Of a stretch of DNA of 64,000 nucleotides, positions 48,501-61,012 are shown in pieces. A program made the position numbers and the translations under genes. The stretch is from NCBI GenBank assembly GCA_964035575.1, contig OZ037841.1, positions 930,001-994,000 of the forward strand, given 5' to 3'. Under the pieces are notes generated by a model. That model saw nothing but the letters and a program-made list of their open reading frames with translations, did no database searches and was not told the origin of the DNA. The DNA comes from Rhynchopus sp. YZ270_cl-10 (lineage: Eukaryota). The number at the start of each line of letters is the position of its first letter. Position 1 is the stretch's first letter.

Positions 48501-50559
48501 GCAGGCACAGGTCCAGGCTGCGCAACAAGCTGCTCAAGCACAGGCTCAGGCCCAAGCTCAAGCCCAGGCCCAAGCACAGGCACAAGCTCAAGCACAGGCC
48601 CAAGCTCAGGCTCAGGCACAAGCAGCTCAGGCTCAAGCTCAACAACAGGCACATGCAGCGCAGGTTCAAGCTCAAGCCCAAGCTGTCGCACAGGCCCAGG
48701 CACGTGCCCAACAGGCAGCACAGGTGCAGGCTCAGGCACAACAAAACGCACAAACTGCGCAACGCACCCAATCCACACAAAGCCTCCCACCTCTGCCGAT
48801 GTGCGAAAGCGACAAGAGCTGCCGCGACATCAACGATGCTAGCCACCAGCAGCACTTCAAGCACACCTGCAAGATCGAGGGCTGCCCGCAGGCGAAGGAG
48901 GAGTGGCACACACGCTACTTCGAGCACGAGGAGTGCATCGACATCCACGCGGACGGCACGCCTCTGCAGATTGTGGGCAACTGGGAGAAGATCAAGGTGT
49001 CGCGCCTGAAGACCCTCATCAACAAGCATCTCAAGATCCCTGTTGCGGAGCAGACACTGCGACGTGGCGACATTGAGCTGGCGGACCCAGACTCGACGTG
49101 CAGGGCGTACGGCGTAAAGGCTGGTGTGGTCATCAACGTCATCAGGCCCAACTCACAGCAGGTCGCACAGCCACCCGCAACACCCACCAGCACCGCCGCC
49201 TCCGCACACAGCAACGGCCTCACGAACTCCACACCCACCTCACCACCGCACAACACTGCGTACAACAAGCACCTCCCGAACAGTGCCTTTGCTGCGTCCT
49301 TCCCGATGCGTATGTAACGGGCACAGTTATTTTGCGCGATAACGATAATGGTAAAAGATTGTGAGAGACACATTTGTTTTATTCTTTGTACTTTCATCCG
49401 GATGGCAGGATTACAGTGGGTCAGTTGGAGGTGCCTGCAGCAACAACTGCTATTTTTTTGTTCGCATATCAGATGTAAACCCCTCGAAATGGATTGTAGG
49501 ACTGCGTGGGTTGGGGGTCCACCCACGGTGTTCTGGTCATGTACCAAAGGTAGACTGTTCACGAGAAGGCTTTTGTATTTCAAGTTAAATTGTTTTTTCA
49601 CATATTTTCCACACCTTTTCGCAGAGCAAGGCAATGGTGTGGCACAGCAGCAACAGCAACAGCAACAGCAACAACAACAACAGCAGCAGTCAGCGTACAT
49701 CCCACGCGCCTACCAAGCGGCAGGTCGCTCAATGCACGCACCGGTAGTATGTTCCAGCACCTTTCCCCACCCTGACCTGCAATGCGATTATGCACCTACA
49801 CCTTATATTACCTTTTCCCCCTATCTTTCGTCGGTTGGTGGTTACTATTGTTTAATGCACAGAGAGAGGGTTTTGTATTTGTATTTTTGTTTTTGTTTGG
49901 TTTCCCTCTTTTGTGCAAAGCACAGTTTTAGTTTCTGTGTGTATTTCGTCGATTACAGTCGCAGTATATAAACATCGGTCAAAAAACATAGATGGAGCTT
50001 TCTGATTTTGAAAAACTTCTTTTATTTGCCCCACATTAGTTTATCACCGACTGTACTCAATTTGACCACCTCCGCATCCACCTCCCCTCTCGTACACAGG
50101 TCAACACTGTCGCGCAGCCTGCACAAGCGCAGAACGGCACCCATGAACCATGGACGTATGTTGCCCCCCACCCCTCGTTTATATCATTACCTCCGTGTGT
50201 CATATGTAATGCTCTCTGAGGGTCCGATAACCGGGAACTGAATGAACCGGTGACGTGTTAGCACTTTCGACTTCTCTTTATGATTGCCCAGAAAAGCCGC
50301 TCTTAAGGGTGAGGACAAACGATGTCTGTACCTTATGGTTGGGTTGGTTTGTGTAGTATTTTTTTTTAGCCAAATTTTTTTAGTGTAAAGTGGTTTCGTC
50401 AGTACAACAAAAAGAGGGAAATCTTTGAAGTATTTTAGCCTTTTTCGGGCGGCATTGAGGACAGATCCTGTAGCAAGGTGATTGTTTGACACAACAAAAA
50501 ACATACCACACCACAGCCACGGTGGTCACGGTGATACTGCGTACGCGGCCTACCAATAG
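45515..50559 (+). CDS. Membrane-anchored low-complexity protein, ~1049 aa: N-terminal TM helix, Pro/Thr and acidic tracts, poly-His, QA repeat, two PBZ-like CCHH fingers, ubiquitin-like domain
   Basis: Inferred exons 45515-45541, 45857-46124, 46417-48032, 48292-49309, 49625-49746, 50100-50155, 50517-50559 (total 3150 nt, phases consistent). TM segment [22 protein letters not shown]. The terminal mini-exons are less certain. Confidence 0.75.
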
Positions 50560-50750
50560 AAACCGTTACATGCAGTCCCTTTCATAGCTCCACGAAAAGC
50601 ATGCTTCTCGTCAACTTCACCAAAAATCAGATGTCAAGAGAAGCTAGGTGTTAACCAAAAAAAACAATGCGTGTCAAAGGGGAAGGGACACAGCACTCCC
50701 AAATTCTAGGGGGGGATAAAATGTGCGAAATCTGTATTTTTTTTTTCATA

Positions 50751-50892
50751 CAATGCAACGAGGCCGAACAAGCCTCGCTAAGGCCTGATACAGGCGTGGC
50801 CAGAGGCGTGATTGTATAGCACGCCTCAGCCATGTCTCAGATAGATTTTCCAGACTTGCCTATTTGCAAGCGTAGTCGGCCTCGCTGCATTG
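50751..50892. mobile_element. Tc1/mariner-like MITE, 142 bp
   Basis: TIR CAATGCAACGAGGCCGA / TCGGCCTCGCTGCATTG. TA TSD in a CA-TA-TG context. An isolated end lies at ~44307-44322. Confidence 0.8.
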
Positions 50893-52012
50893 TATGTTTT
50901 TCTTTAAAATACAAGATAGGGGAAAGGGGGTTTCCACCCAAAAGGGGGCGGGTCGTGGATGTGTGTGATTTGTGTGTTTGAAAGCAAGGTGTGTGGGTAA
51001 TCGATACGGAAGATTTTCCAGTGGGTGTGAGGATGGGGAAAAATGGGGGTTTTTTTGTGGAAAAAGTGGATCACGTCCTCAGGGGGGTGGTGTACTCGGG
51101 GGGGGGGTTTTAAAAAATTTCTCCCCAAAAAAAAATGCACTGATTTCTATTTGCACACCTTCCTTTTCATCCCTCACCAACACCCCCCTCGTCCCCCTTT
51201 TTTTCTTTTGCTTTTATGTACAGTCGTCCAAAGTTTGGCAGATTTTGGAGATTTTTTTTTCGCGAAATTCGGCGCCTTTTAGGGCTGGTATCGTATGTGG
51301 GTCAGTCGGAGGGGCCTGCACCAACCATTCTTTTTATTTCAAGATGACTAAGCATGAGAGGATTAGGATCATCTTATAAAATTTTCTTTTTATTTTACGC
51401 GAAGTGCCTGAGTCCGCCGATGTATGGCGAGGCGTTTGCACTATCAACTCCTCTTTGAACGTCAATTGTATTCCTTTGGGCGACTGTATTTTCTTTACCC
51501 CCTCCTCCCCCATCACCTTCTCCCCCTACCTGCTAACCGCTACCTTGTGTGCATCTGCATGGAAAGCACAACTGTTGTGTTCTCTTGTACGGTGCCCTCT
51601 CCCCAGATAATAATGCCAAAGAGCACAACAACCGCGTCCCCACCCCTTTTAGATGTGTGCACAGTGCTGCACATTCTTTTCTTTCTGTTTGTTCAAGGTG
51701 ACGTGCACGAGAGGTTTAGGGTCATCTTACAACAACTTGTCTTTTCTTTTCCCCCCCTCTGTCTTATCCGCGGCATATCTCAACCGAATCTGGTGGTTTC
51801 CGCGATGAAGAAAAAGAGAGAGAGGGGGAGGGAAAGGGGGAGAGAGAGAATTTTTTTTTTTTTTTTTTTTTTTTTCAAAACCTTGTTCGTCTCTTGTTAG
51901 TTGGTAGGTAAAGGCTGTGAAGGGTTGTTTTTTTTTTGAGTTGAAAACACACGGCAGTTTTTTTTTTGGAAAAAATAAAAGCAAAAATAAAATTTTAAAC
52001 TTTGTGATGGAA

Positions 52013-52099
52013 CCACCTGATTTTGCCTGAAATTTTGATGGGGTTTAGTGGTATTTAAACATCACCAAATTCCACCAAATTTTCAGGCAAAATCAGATG
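52013..52099. mobile_element. MITE, same family as 44815-44912
   Basis: CCACCTGATTTTGCCTGAAATTTT ... AAATTTTCAGGCAAAATCAGATG. Confidence 0.75.
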
Positions 52100-55000
52100 A
52101 TGGGAGTTTCTCCAATAGCTCTATACCATTCTCCAACGTGGGGAATTCTTGTGAATATCAAAATGAAAGTGAACGCATAAAAAAACATAGAAATAAATGT
52201 GCTTTTTGTACAGTGCACCTATCCTCGGGGTGTACTGAATACAACCAAATTTGCAAAGGAATTCAATAAAATTCGAGGGAAAAAATACAAAAGAAAACCA
52301 AAAAAACCACTTTTCAAAAATTCCAAAATTCTCAAGCACCAATGGAGGACATAGTGCCGTCCACAATGTATTATTTTGTTTTGCCATGTAAACCATGTAA
52401 ACCATGAATTGAATTGTAGGACTGCATGGTTTGGGGTCTCATCCACACGGTGCACTCAACACGCACCAAAGGTACACTGTTCACGAGAGGGATTTTTGTA
52501 TTAGCAGTCAATTTTCTCTTCGGACAGGTGATTGTCGATTCTACAATAACAAAAAAAAACAACAGAACGGTTGGCTCTCTGTTACACCCGTATGATGGTG
52601 TGGTATTCTCCTGCATATAATATGGCGGTATATGGCTTGGAACGGTGAAACAACCACAAATAAAAAACCACATGGCAAACTATTTACTTCACCGTCGTGT
52701 GCACACAACAGCCATCGCACTATATTTCACTCATTTTTCGTTCGTAGCACATATAATATGTAAACGCACGAAATGGATTGTAGTACTGCATGGCTGGGTC
52801 CATCGGGGTGAGAGGAGGTTCACCCAACGGCGCATCAGCCACATGCCAAAGGTACACTGTTATCGAGGGCTTTTGTATTTTCAAGTCACCTTTTTTTACA
52901 ACCCTTCAACGGTATTCCTCCACTTCATGAAACCCACCTAAAGATATCCTCCTCTCTCAGTTTTATTTTTTCATTTTTTAGCCGTTTTTCTTTTTATTAG
53001 AAAAGTGTTTTTCTTTTTTTTGTGAGGGTGTTACGTGCGAAGGTAGTTTTGTGTGTCATCCCTTGTCCATGTCAACAGCGATCGCTGAGTGGGGTCCACC
53101 TCTCGTGCTCTGATGATGTCTGCATTCATATACTCTGATGTTTTTATCTTCAGAAACAAAATCAAAATCCGCAGACATCTTTGCCTCCTTACCTACCGTA
53201 AAGGTAGAAGAAAAAATAAGAAACAAATCAGGGGCACAAAGCAAGAAAAAAAGCAAAAACAAAAAAAAAAACAAAAACAACTTCATAAAAACCCCATTCA
53301 AACCCACGTATTTTTTGCATCACACGTGTGAATTCTTTTAGCCAATAAACAAAAAACAAAAAGTCATCTTCAAAATAAATGGATGTTGTGTGGGTGAGGG
53401 GGAGATGGGTGGTGTATTTTTTTTTTTCTTCAAAAGAAACGATGTGTTTTGTGTGTGCCTTCAGAAGATTCTGACATTTTTTTTTTCTGGAGAAATTACA
53501 GAAAAAAAGACATTTTTTTAAAAGTAGTTGAAGAGAGTTACTTGACCCGTTCGTTGTCGTGTCATCTTGTATTTTTTTTGTGTAAGTCCCCCCCACGTAA
53601 GCCTTTCTTTGAAAAGTTGAAAGGTGTGTATGCACGCGAGGCACATTCATCCTTCAGCTTTTATTCTTTGTTTTAGGTGACTAAGCGAGGTGTAGAGAGC
53701 ATCTTACCCAAACCATTCTTTCTGTACCTCTTCGTTACCCCCCCCCCCCCCCCTCACCCCACCCCCCTCCCCCCTCTGTGCCTGCACTACGACACTTGCC
53801 ATGGCAAGACAAGCAGTTCTGCATAACGTTCGTTTTGTGCTTTGTTATTGCGCTTGTAATTTAACATGTGCTTGTCATGACAACTGTTGTCGTATGCGTC
53901 CGCCGATGAACGGTGAGGCATTTGCACTTCCAAATTATTATTGTCTGCAAAACAGCTCTAAAGGTTGCATTGTTCTGGTGTTTTCAAAAAAAATAAAATA
54001 AAAACAAAGAGAATGGACATAATAGATGTAGGACCACATGGTTGGGGTCCACCCAATGGTACACCGGTCATTGTACCTAAGGTACACTGTTCACGAGAGG
54101 GCTTTTTTTGTATTTCACAAATATTATTGTCGCACATTTTAGTCTATAGGGGCGTTCGGTCGTCTTCGTTTGGAGGGTACAGCAAAAAAAAAAAAGGAGG
54201 TTTTTCTAGTAGGGGGTTGGGTGGCGTGGGGGGCAGGCGTTTCTCCCCTATGTATGGGGGGTTTGGGATTGGCGATGGGGTCGACAGAATGCGGGGAAAT
54301 TTATTTTTTGCGCGCTTTTTGAGCGGGGGAGGAAGAATGATGGTAAACTCAAAAAAGGTTCAGTAAAAAAAGAATACAAAAAAACAAAAATGGAAAGTGA
54401 AGATAGCACAAAACTGCGCTATTCCAACTTTTTTACCTTTTTTTTTTTCAAAAAAAATTCAATTTTTTTTTAAAAACAAGAGCTAGTGAGGCACATCTGC
54501 AGAGATGTGAAACGCTGATACGAAAAGTTTTTCAAAAATAACAGTAAAAAAAAAGGCAGGAAAACAAGAAATTCATTCTGGGGTAAAAAGTTCGCAAAAG
54601 AAGAAAAAAAAAATACAAAAAGTAAAAAAAAAGCAAAACAAAACTTGCAACAAAAAAAATATCGGACTTCCACCTCTCTGTTTCTCTCTTGCTCCCCCTC
54701 CTCCTCTTCTATTCCCAACCCAACCCACAATTCATTATTCCCCGGGGCTGGTATCGTACGATACGAAGTCAGTCGGGGTGTACATGTATCAATAACTACC
54801 ATTTTTCTCTCTTTGGCAGTGGCATGTTAAAACTTTCAACCGAACTTTCTGATTTATAATACAAGCAAAGGAGGACCGTCCGAAGCGAAAGCGTGTACGT
54901 CTCTGGATGCAGTGATTATTTGTTAAAAGCTGTGAAGAAGGCGAAGTTTAGCGAGTTTGTGGTAGAGGACCGTCCGAAGCGAAAGCGTGACGGATCTCTG

Positions 55001-55307
55001 GACGAAGACGAAGACCGCAAGCGTCCGAGACTGTCGCAATGAGAGACGCACAGCCTGTTGACAGCACACTTCGCGTTGGACGTGGTGCAGACTCATTCGC
55101 GGTGCAGAGTCTTCCCTCTTTTTATGAAGATATCCGTCTCAAGAAATATCTTTCCCTCCACCTTCCAACCCGGTACACATCGATGTAGGCAACTAAAATG
55201 CAAATATGAACCCTTTTCACCCCCACAGATACACACACACACACAACTCCATATTCCTCGGAAAACACCCTCCTCCCCTGAGTCCCCCCCAAAACACCCT
55301 CCCCCAA

Positions 55308-58300
55308 ATGGAGACCCCCGACCCACCCGTGGATGATGACACCAGCCGTGCTGACACACCTCCTGTTGAGGAGGATGCGAGCGGTGAGGAATACCAGCTG
55401 GAGGATGAGGAGTACGACCCAAGCGAACAGGAGGTTGCGGAGTACTGCGAATGGCTTGGGATGGACCTGACACAGGAACGATCCCTTACGTGGATCGCAC
55501 GAGAGGCCCTGAAGGCTCCGCTACCAGAATACTGGAAAATCTGCTACACAGATGAACGAGAGGTTTACTACTTCAACATGCGAACCGGAGAGAGCATATG
55601 GGACCACCCAATGGATGCCTTCTACAAGGCGCTGTTCAAACAAGAACGTGCCAAGCTAGAAAGCAAGCTTCTTAGAATGCGAATATTCGCAGGGTCCATG
55701 CCAATCGTGCCCTTACAATCTCTCTTCAGCGATCTTTCCGGGGAAGAGGGTGGGCCAGAGATCCCCGAGAGGCTATGTGATCCTATAGACTTTATGTTAT
55801 TAGTTGACCCGGTGGTGCTGCCTACCTCGGGGAGGACCGTGAGCAAGCATACCATCGTGAACAATAAGTGGAGGGATCCGTTTACCAGAGAGTACGTCGA
55901 AAACCGCCGTCTTATAAGCAACGTCGACAAACGGAATGAGGTTGGCTCCTGGCTCGCCAAGGCTGTCAAAGAATATTTTGTTGCAACAGCGTTTCCCTCA
56001 GAATGGAAGCAGTGGGGACGTTCCCAGGGCACCCCCTATATGGTGGGTGATGGACACAAAGAGATGCCAAGCGAGGTGCCGAACGTTGCGGCGCTGTGGC
56101 CTGCTATTGAGCGGGTCCTGCCGTACATCCTGGACAAGGAGGATGAGGTGTGCCTGGATGCGCAGAGGTGGGTGTTGTATTTTCTTGTGACGGGGTACGC
56201 GCTGCCAGGGAAGGTGCGTGGGAGGGGTGGGTTGCGGCATGTGGCCGATGTGAGGGTCTTGCGGACAGCCGCGCAGGTGACGGCGGCAAACGAATTGCAT
56301 GAGATTGTAGCAGCGTTGCCCGATGCGGGTGTGCTGCTCAAGCCGCTTCTCACCATGTCGACGTCGGCTAGTCTAGAGGCGTTGTGTCTCGTGCTCAGCC
56401 ACCATCCCCCCCTGCGTGCGCATCCGTGCTTCTTCGGCTTTGATGCGCCGGTGTTGCATGTGCTCCAGATGGCGGACGCTGACCTAACAACAATGTGTTC
56501 CAGCCTAACAGCGCACAGCTTCCCACCAAAAACGACAAATACCGACTATCTGGTGAAGTTGCAGTGGTGTTATCTGTTGTTTGTATGTTTTTTTTTTGTT
56601 TGTTCTTTTGGTTGTTTTTTTTGTTTTTGTTTGGCCTAGCCCCTCCGCTACGTTTTCAGATTTTTTTTTTGAGTTCTGTTGCGGGGGGTTTTTTTCCAGT
56701 GTCTTATCCAGGAATCCAGATTTCAAGATTGGGGGTCCAAAATTTTTTTGCGTGCCTTGATGGTCGCAGTTGGTGATGTCCTCCATACGAAGACGTTCAT
56801 CGAAAACCCGTCTGCAAGAGGGAGGGCCGCCTCCTTGCCACCCGTGAATGCACACGACGAAACGACAGTGAAGTTCCCCCCTTTCGCTGTTGCTAAGGTT
56901 ACTGCACGCGTAGCCTGTGTCTTCTTTTCTGCGAAGATAACGCCTGCTTCGACTTGAATAATTCCTCAGCGGTAAGCATGGGCGCATGAAACGTACGACA
57001 GAGAAACTGTGGCGGGGGGGCGGGCCTTCGGGCAGACTGGAGCCATTGTGTCTGTTTGGAGTTGGCGGTGGAGGGCGCGGTGGCGGCGTACGTGCGAGGG
57101 CGTGCGCGAGCGAGTTGTTGTTGGGATCCGGCAGTGTGGACGGGTCTATCGGACGCAATGTTCGCAGAAGCACACCCGCAGTGGTATCTGATGAGGTATC
57201 GATGTAGCTGCCGCTGCTGAAGCTGCTGTAGTCATGGTTGTTGTAGAAGTGGAGCCTCCGAACAGGTGCACCTTCCCCAGTAGCGCGACGAGGGTTTCCT
57301 TACCGCAAGGGCCGACTCAAGCGACGCTGGAGAGTTGGCGCTTTCCACAAACCTAGCGGCCTCCAGCTGGAGGGCGCTGTGCCAGCCGTCCGACATGTTG
57401 GTGTTGTTCTATAAAGAATGTTGTGTTACAAGGGGGGTTTAAAAATCTCAACGCAGAATATACATTTCACTCTTTTCACACAAAAGAAGGGTAAACGAGG
57501 AAATAGAATTGGAAGGTGCCTGCAAATTGTTTTTCAGTATTTTGTTTTACCTCAGGAATTACCCAAAAAAAAATGCTTTACATGACACCCATACCACACA
57601 CAGGATTCTCCAGGGGAAATGCACGTGTTATCGCGCATCCCGTGGGACTTGTCCTTCGCTGCCATTGCAACAGCTTATCACAGTCTGCCGCAGTCGTCTC
57701 AGCTGTCTTATTTAGTATGCAACACGTTGCGCTTTTGGTGGGTTGTTTGCCTTTATTTTTTAGATGTAAACCTCCTTGGATGGACTGCATGGTTGGGGTT
57801 CATTGTACCGTCATGAGAGGGCTTTTGCAATTAATATTTCAATTGAAATTGTGAATTCAATGTACCACCCAACAGACAATAAAGATGCTGAGATGTCTGC
57901 CAGGCTGGCCCGCAAACATCAAGTCGTCAGACCACGAAGCCATACAGTATGCCCACACACTTTTTCGATAATGGATTGTAAGGGAAATCATGGGGGTCTA
58001 TCCACCCCACGGTGTTCTGGTTCACGCCAATAGAGGTGTACTGATACACCCTTTTTATTATACCAAGCATTGTCAAGAGGAAATAATCGACGGAAGGTGC
58101 GTTGCCTGCAAATTATTTTTTCATCCAATATCTGTTTCACCCACAACTCATACAGCGAAACACACAACAAATTTGAGCGATAAACGAAAAACTTTTGTTT
58201 TTCTGTTTACTTTGTCATATCCTGAAGTCAGATTCTATTTTGTATTTTGTTTCACATCACATGACATCAAAGTACCACTTCCCCCCTCCCTTACAGATGG

Positions 58301-59191
58301 GTGGTAGCTCTCGCCATAGCCAGCACCGATGCTGCCCAGCAAACGCTCCTTCTCTACGACCTGCTTGTCAGCACCCCCGACGCTGCTGTGCCGTTGTGCA
58401 GACGGCATGGCGAGGCCCTGGTGCGACAGCTTCTAGAGGGCGACAACGAACAGGGTGCGGACACACCAGACGCCACCCCCACCGTCACCCCCACCCACCC
58501 TGGCCACAGCGCACAGCTCGGCGCTCTTTTGGTTTTCCACGACGTCTGCAGGCTGGACGATTTTGCCTCCGCACCTTCTCTCCAAATTAGAGTCGCCGAT
58601 GCAATCACACCACGCCTTACTCGAGTCCAATGGAGGCCTCGTCATTTTGAGGCAACGGTGAAAACTATGATTGCGATAATCACAGCACGCCCTGAGCTTG
58701 CTTGGGCAACGTTTCAGTCGAGTCGGGCGGAGTTTTTGCTGAAGGAGCTGGCAAAGAAGAGGAAGAACAATGAAACATTGAGAGTTCGGTTGGAGCAGAT
58801 TGAGGCAACAGCGAAACGGCTGCAGCAGACGGCAGCGATCAACCATTGGGCAGTGTTGAGTGCAAAGCTTCTTAAAGGAAGCTCTCCAGGCATCTCCCTC
58901 ACTGGCAAGCAACCCGCCCTGCGACGCACCGTTTTAACCACCCATCGAGTCGAAAACCTAGTCCTCCTCCTCGAAACACTACTCGCCGCGCGTGTAAAGA
59001 AACACACCAGAGGAGGACAGCCTGCAGCTGCCGCTGCTGCAGCAGCAGCAGGGGGTGGAGGAGGAGGCAGTATAGGGCTTGGGGCGAGTATAGAAAGCAA
59101 GAAACGTGATGAAAAAGAAAGGGCTCTCGCGGGGTCCTACCACAGCATCCCACCTGCGACAGAAGCCCCACTGTCGTTGCCGCCCATTTGA
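55308..59191 (+). CDS. CEP164-like WW-domain + U-box protein (putative E3 ubiquitin ligase), ~783 aa, 4 exons
   Basis: Exons 55308-56582, 57604-57714, 57876-57946, 58297-59191 (GTATG..CAG, in phase). WW region EYCEWLGMD...WIAREALKAPLPEYWK...YYFNMRTGESIWDHPMD. U-box IPERLCDPIDFMLLVDPVVLPTSGRT...DPFTRE...LISN. Confidence 0.85.
56637..57396 (-). mobile_element. Intronic insertion: hAT-MITE-like end adjoining an antisense, frameshifted gene-like fragment
   Basis: 56637-56750 matches the left end of 3359-3843. GC-rich coding-like sequence reads on the minus strand from the ATG at 57396 (MSDGWHSALQLEAARFVES...). Confidence 0.5.
58075..58240 (+). repeat. Sense-strand dispersed element, families G+H (representative copy)
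   Basis: G: GAGGAAATA.AATCGACGGAAGGTGCGTTGCCTGCAAATT. H: CACTCATACAGCGAAA..GAGCGATAAACGAAAA..ACTTTGTCATATCCTGAAG(G)TCAG. Copies at ~4295-4400 (H), 15396-15640 (G+H), 46243-46372 (G+H), 57493-57535 (G). Confidence 0.7.
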
Positions 59192-61012
59192 GGGAAGGGG
59201 GTGATGCTGTGCGATAACGATTGGTGATGCATGTGAGAGGCTCAGGGGAATCTCAAACTTTTTGTTTTGTTTTGTTCAGTCCAATGAAGTGGTGCGTGTC
59301 TCCCCCCAACGCTTCGATAACCTAAAGCGGAATGGAAGTGGTCTGTGCACTTTCCAACTTTTTTTTTCAGAAGGTTTTTTTTAGTTCCCTCTTTTGACGA
59401 GCGGGCTGTATTTCATGTCAAACTTTTTTTTCTCTCTCTCGATTTCATACGAGAATACTTTTTTGTTATTTGATTTCAGATATTCATTTGGTGGGGATAT
59501 ATAAAACCAAAGTCGGGGTCGACAAAAAGTAGCTACCACGAAGAAAAGGTTTAGTGTAACCCATCCTCGGGTTTGTCTACACGAATACAACACCATTTTC
59601 AAGAAAAGAAAAAGTATGAGAGAGACAGACCAGAGTTGTCCTTAATGAGCCTTAATTCTCTACCACGCTCATTATGGATAAGATGCGGTTGGCTTGTCTG
59701 TCACAGTATCTCATTTTCATTGGTCCTTTTTTTTTTCCACCCCCGGTACACCATGTCATGTACCAAGGTATATTGTATACAAACATACGAAGCGGTACGC
59801 GTACGGTTTGTTAGGGGATGCGTCCAATGAAAATCACGTCAGTAGAAAAGTTCGAGAATGTAGGTTTTATTATTTCTGTCACAGAGCGGGCTGGGTAAAT
59901 TTACCCCCTTTCCACCGCTTCCACCCAAAAAAAAAAGACTCTCAGTGATGAGGTGTGTGTGCTTTGTCTGTGCGTGTATTTTTCTAGCCCCCTTCATTTT
60001 TTTTAAAAATGTGTGTGGTTGTGTTTTTTGAAAAAAAACAGTTGTTTTTTTCGGTAGTTTCGAAGAGTGGAATATTGCTCAGATTGTGTGGTTGTGTGTA
60101 TTTCGAAAACAGTTCTATTGGCAGCCTACGAAAGAGAGGCACATTGCCTGGGGGATACGAGAGGCTTAGGTTCATCTCATAACCTCCCCCCCTTTTTTTT
60201 GTGCGCACCGTGAGGCGCGTATTCCGTCTCTCTTTTTTGTTTGTTTGTTTTTTTTTATCCGTTCTTTCCTCTGAAGATGGCTGAAACCACAAAAGGCTTT
60301 GGGTCATCTTATTAGTTCTCTCTCTTCCCCACTATTCCCATTTACGTTACCCCATCCACATCACATATTGACATGAAATGAATGGACCTCTTCAGCGCGG
60401 TGTTTTTTTGGTACACTGCCACGAGGGCTTTGTATTTCAAAACATCTTTTTTTTGGGGGGGAAATCCCAGGGTTCAAACCGGATCTTATTCAAAGAAATC
60501 TGATTTTTTATTTCCTGGGGGAAAGGTTGTGTGTCCTTTTAATGTGTAACCTCAAACCCACTCACCAAAAAGCAACGGTACCCGCACCTCAATTTCTGAG
60601 TTCAAAAAAGGCACACAGTCAAGATCGCAAGATCCCGCTAGCCCAGACAGAATCCGCCAAAGGGGAATAGAATTTTTTTTTTCTTTTCTTAAATTGCTTC
60701 TCACCCACCTTCCTCTTTGGAACGTAACTTGCAAACACACACAAAAAAAGGCACACCCCCCTCCCTACGTCTCACCTTCCCTCAAACAACCCCTCCATCC
60801 CACACACTCCACCAGCACCCCCCTCCCCTCCCCTCCCCTCCCCCAAAGTACACACCCAAGGCAAACCTCTCTGGAGGAGGGAGTCGAGAAGCGGTTTCAG
60901 GGGGCATACCCCCTCCCATCCCCTCCCCTCCCCTCCCCATCCTCCTAACAAATTTAACCCCCTTTTATTTTGGTCATTTCTTTTGTTTTTGACAACTTTG
61001 CATGCTAAGAAG

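Noticed and set aside
46344..49700. Long antisense and alternative-frame ORFs over the Pro/His/QA gene, and similar ones over other genes
   Set aside because: Shadow ORFs of GC-rich, low-complexity coding sequence.
54871..55003. Direct repeat GAGGACCGTCCGAAGCGAAAGCGTG (two copies)
   Set aside because: A short local duplication in a stop-containing fragment, with no supportable function.
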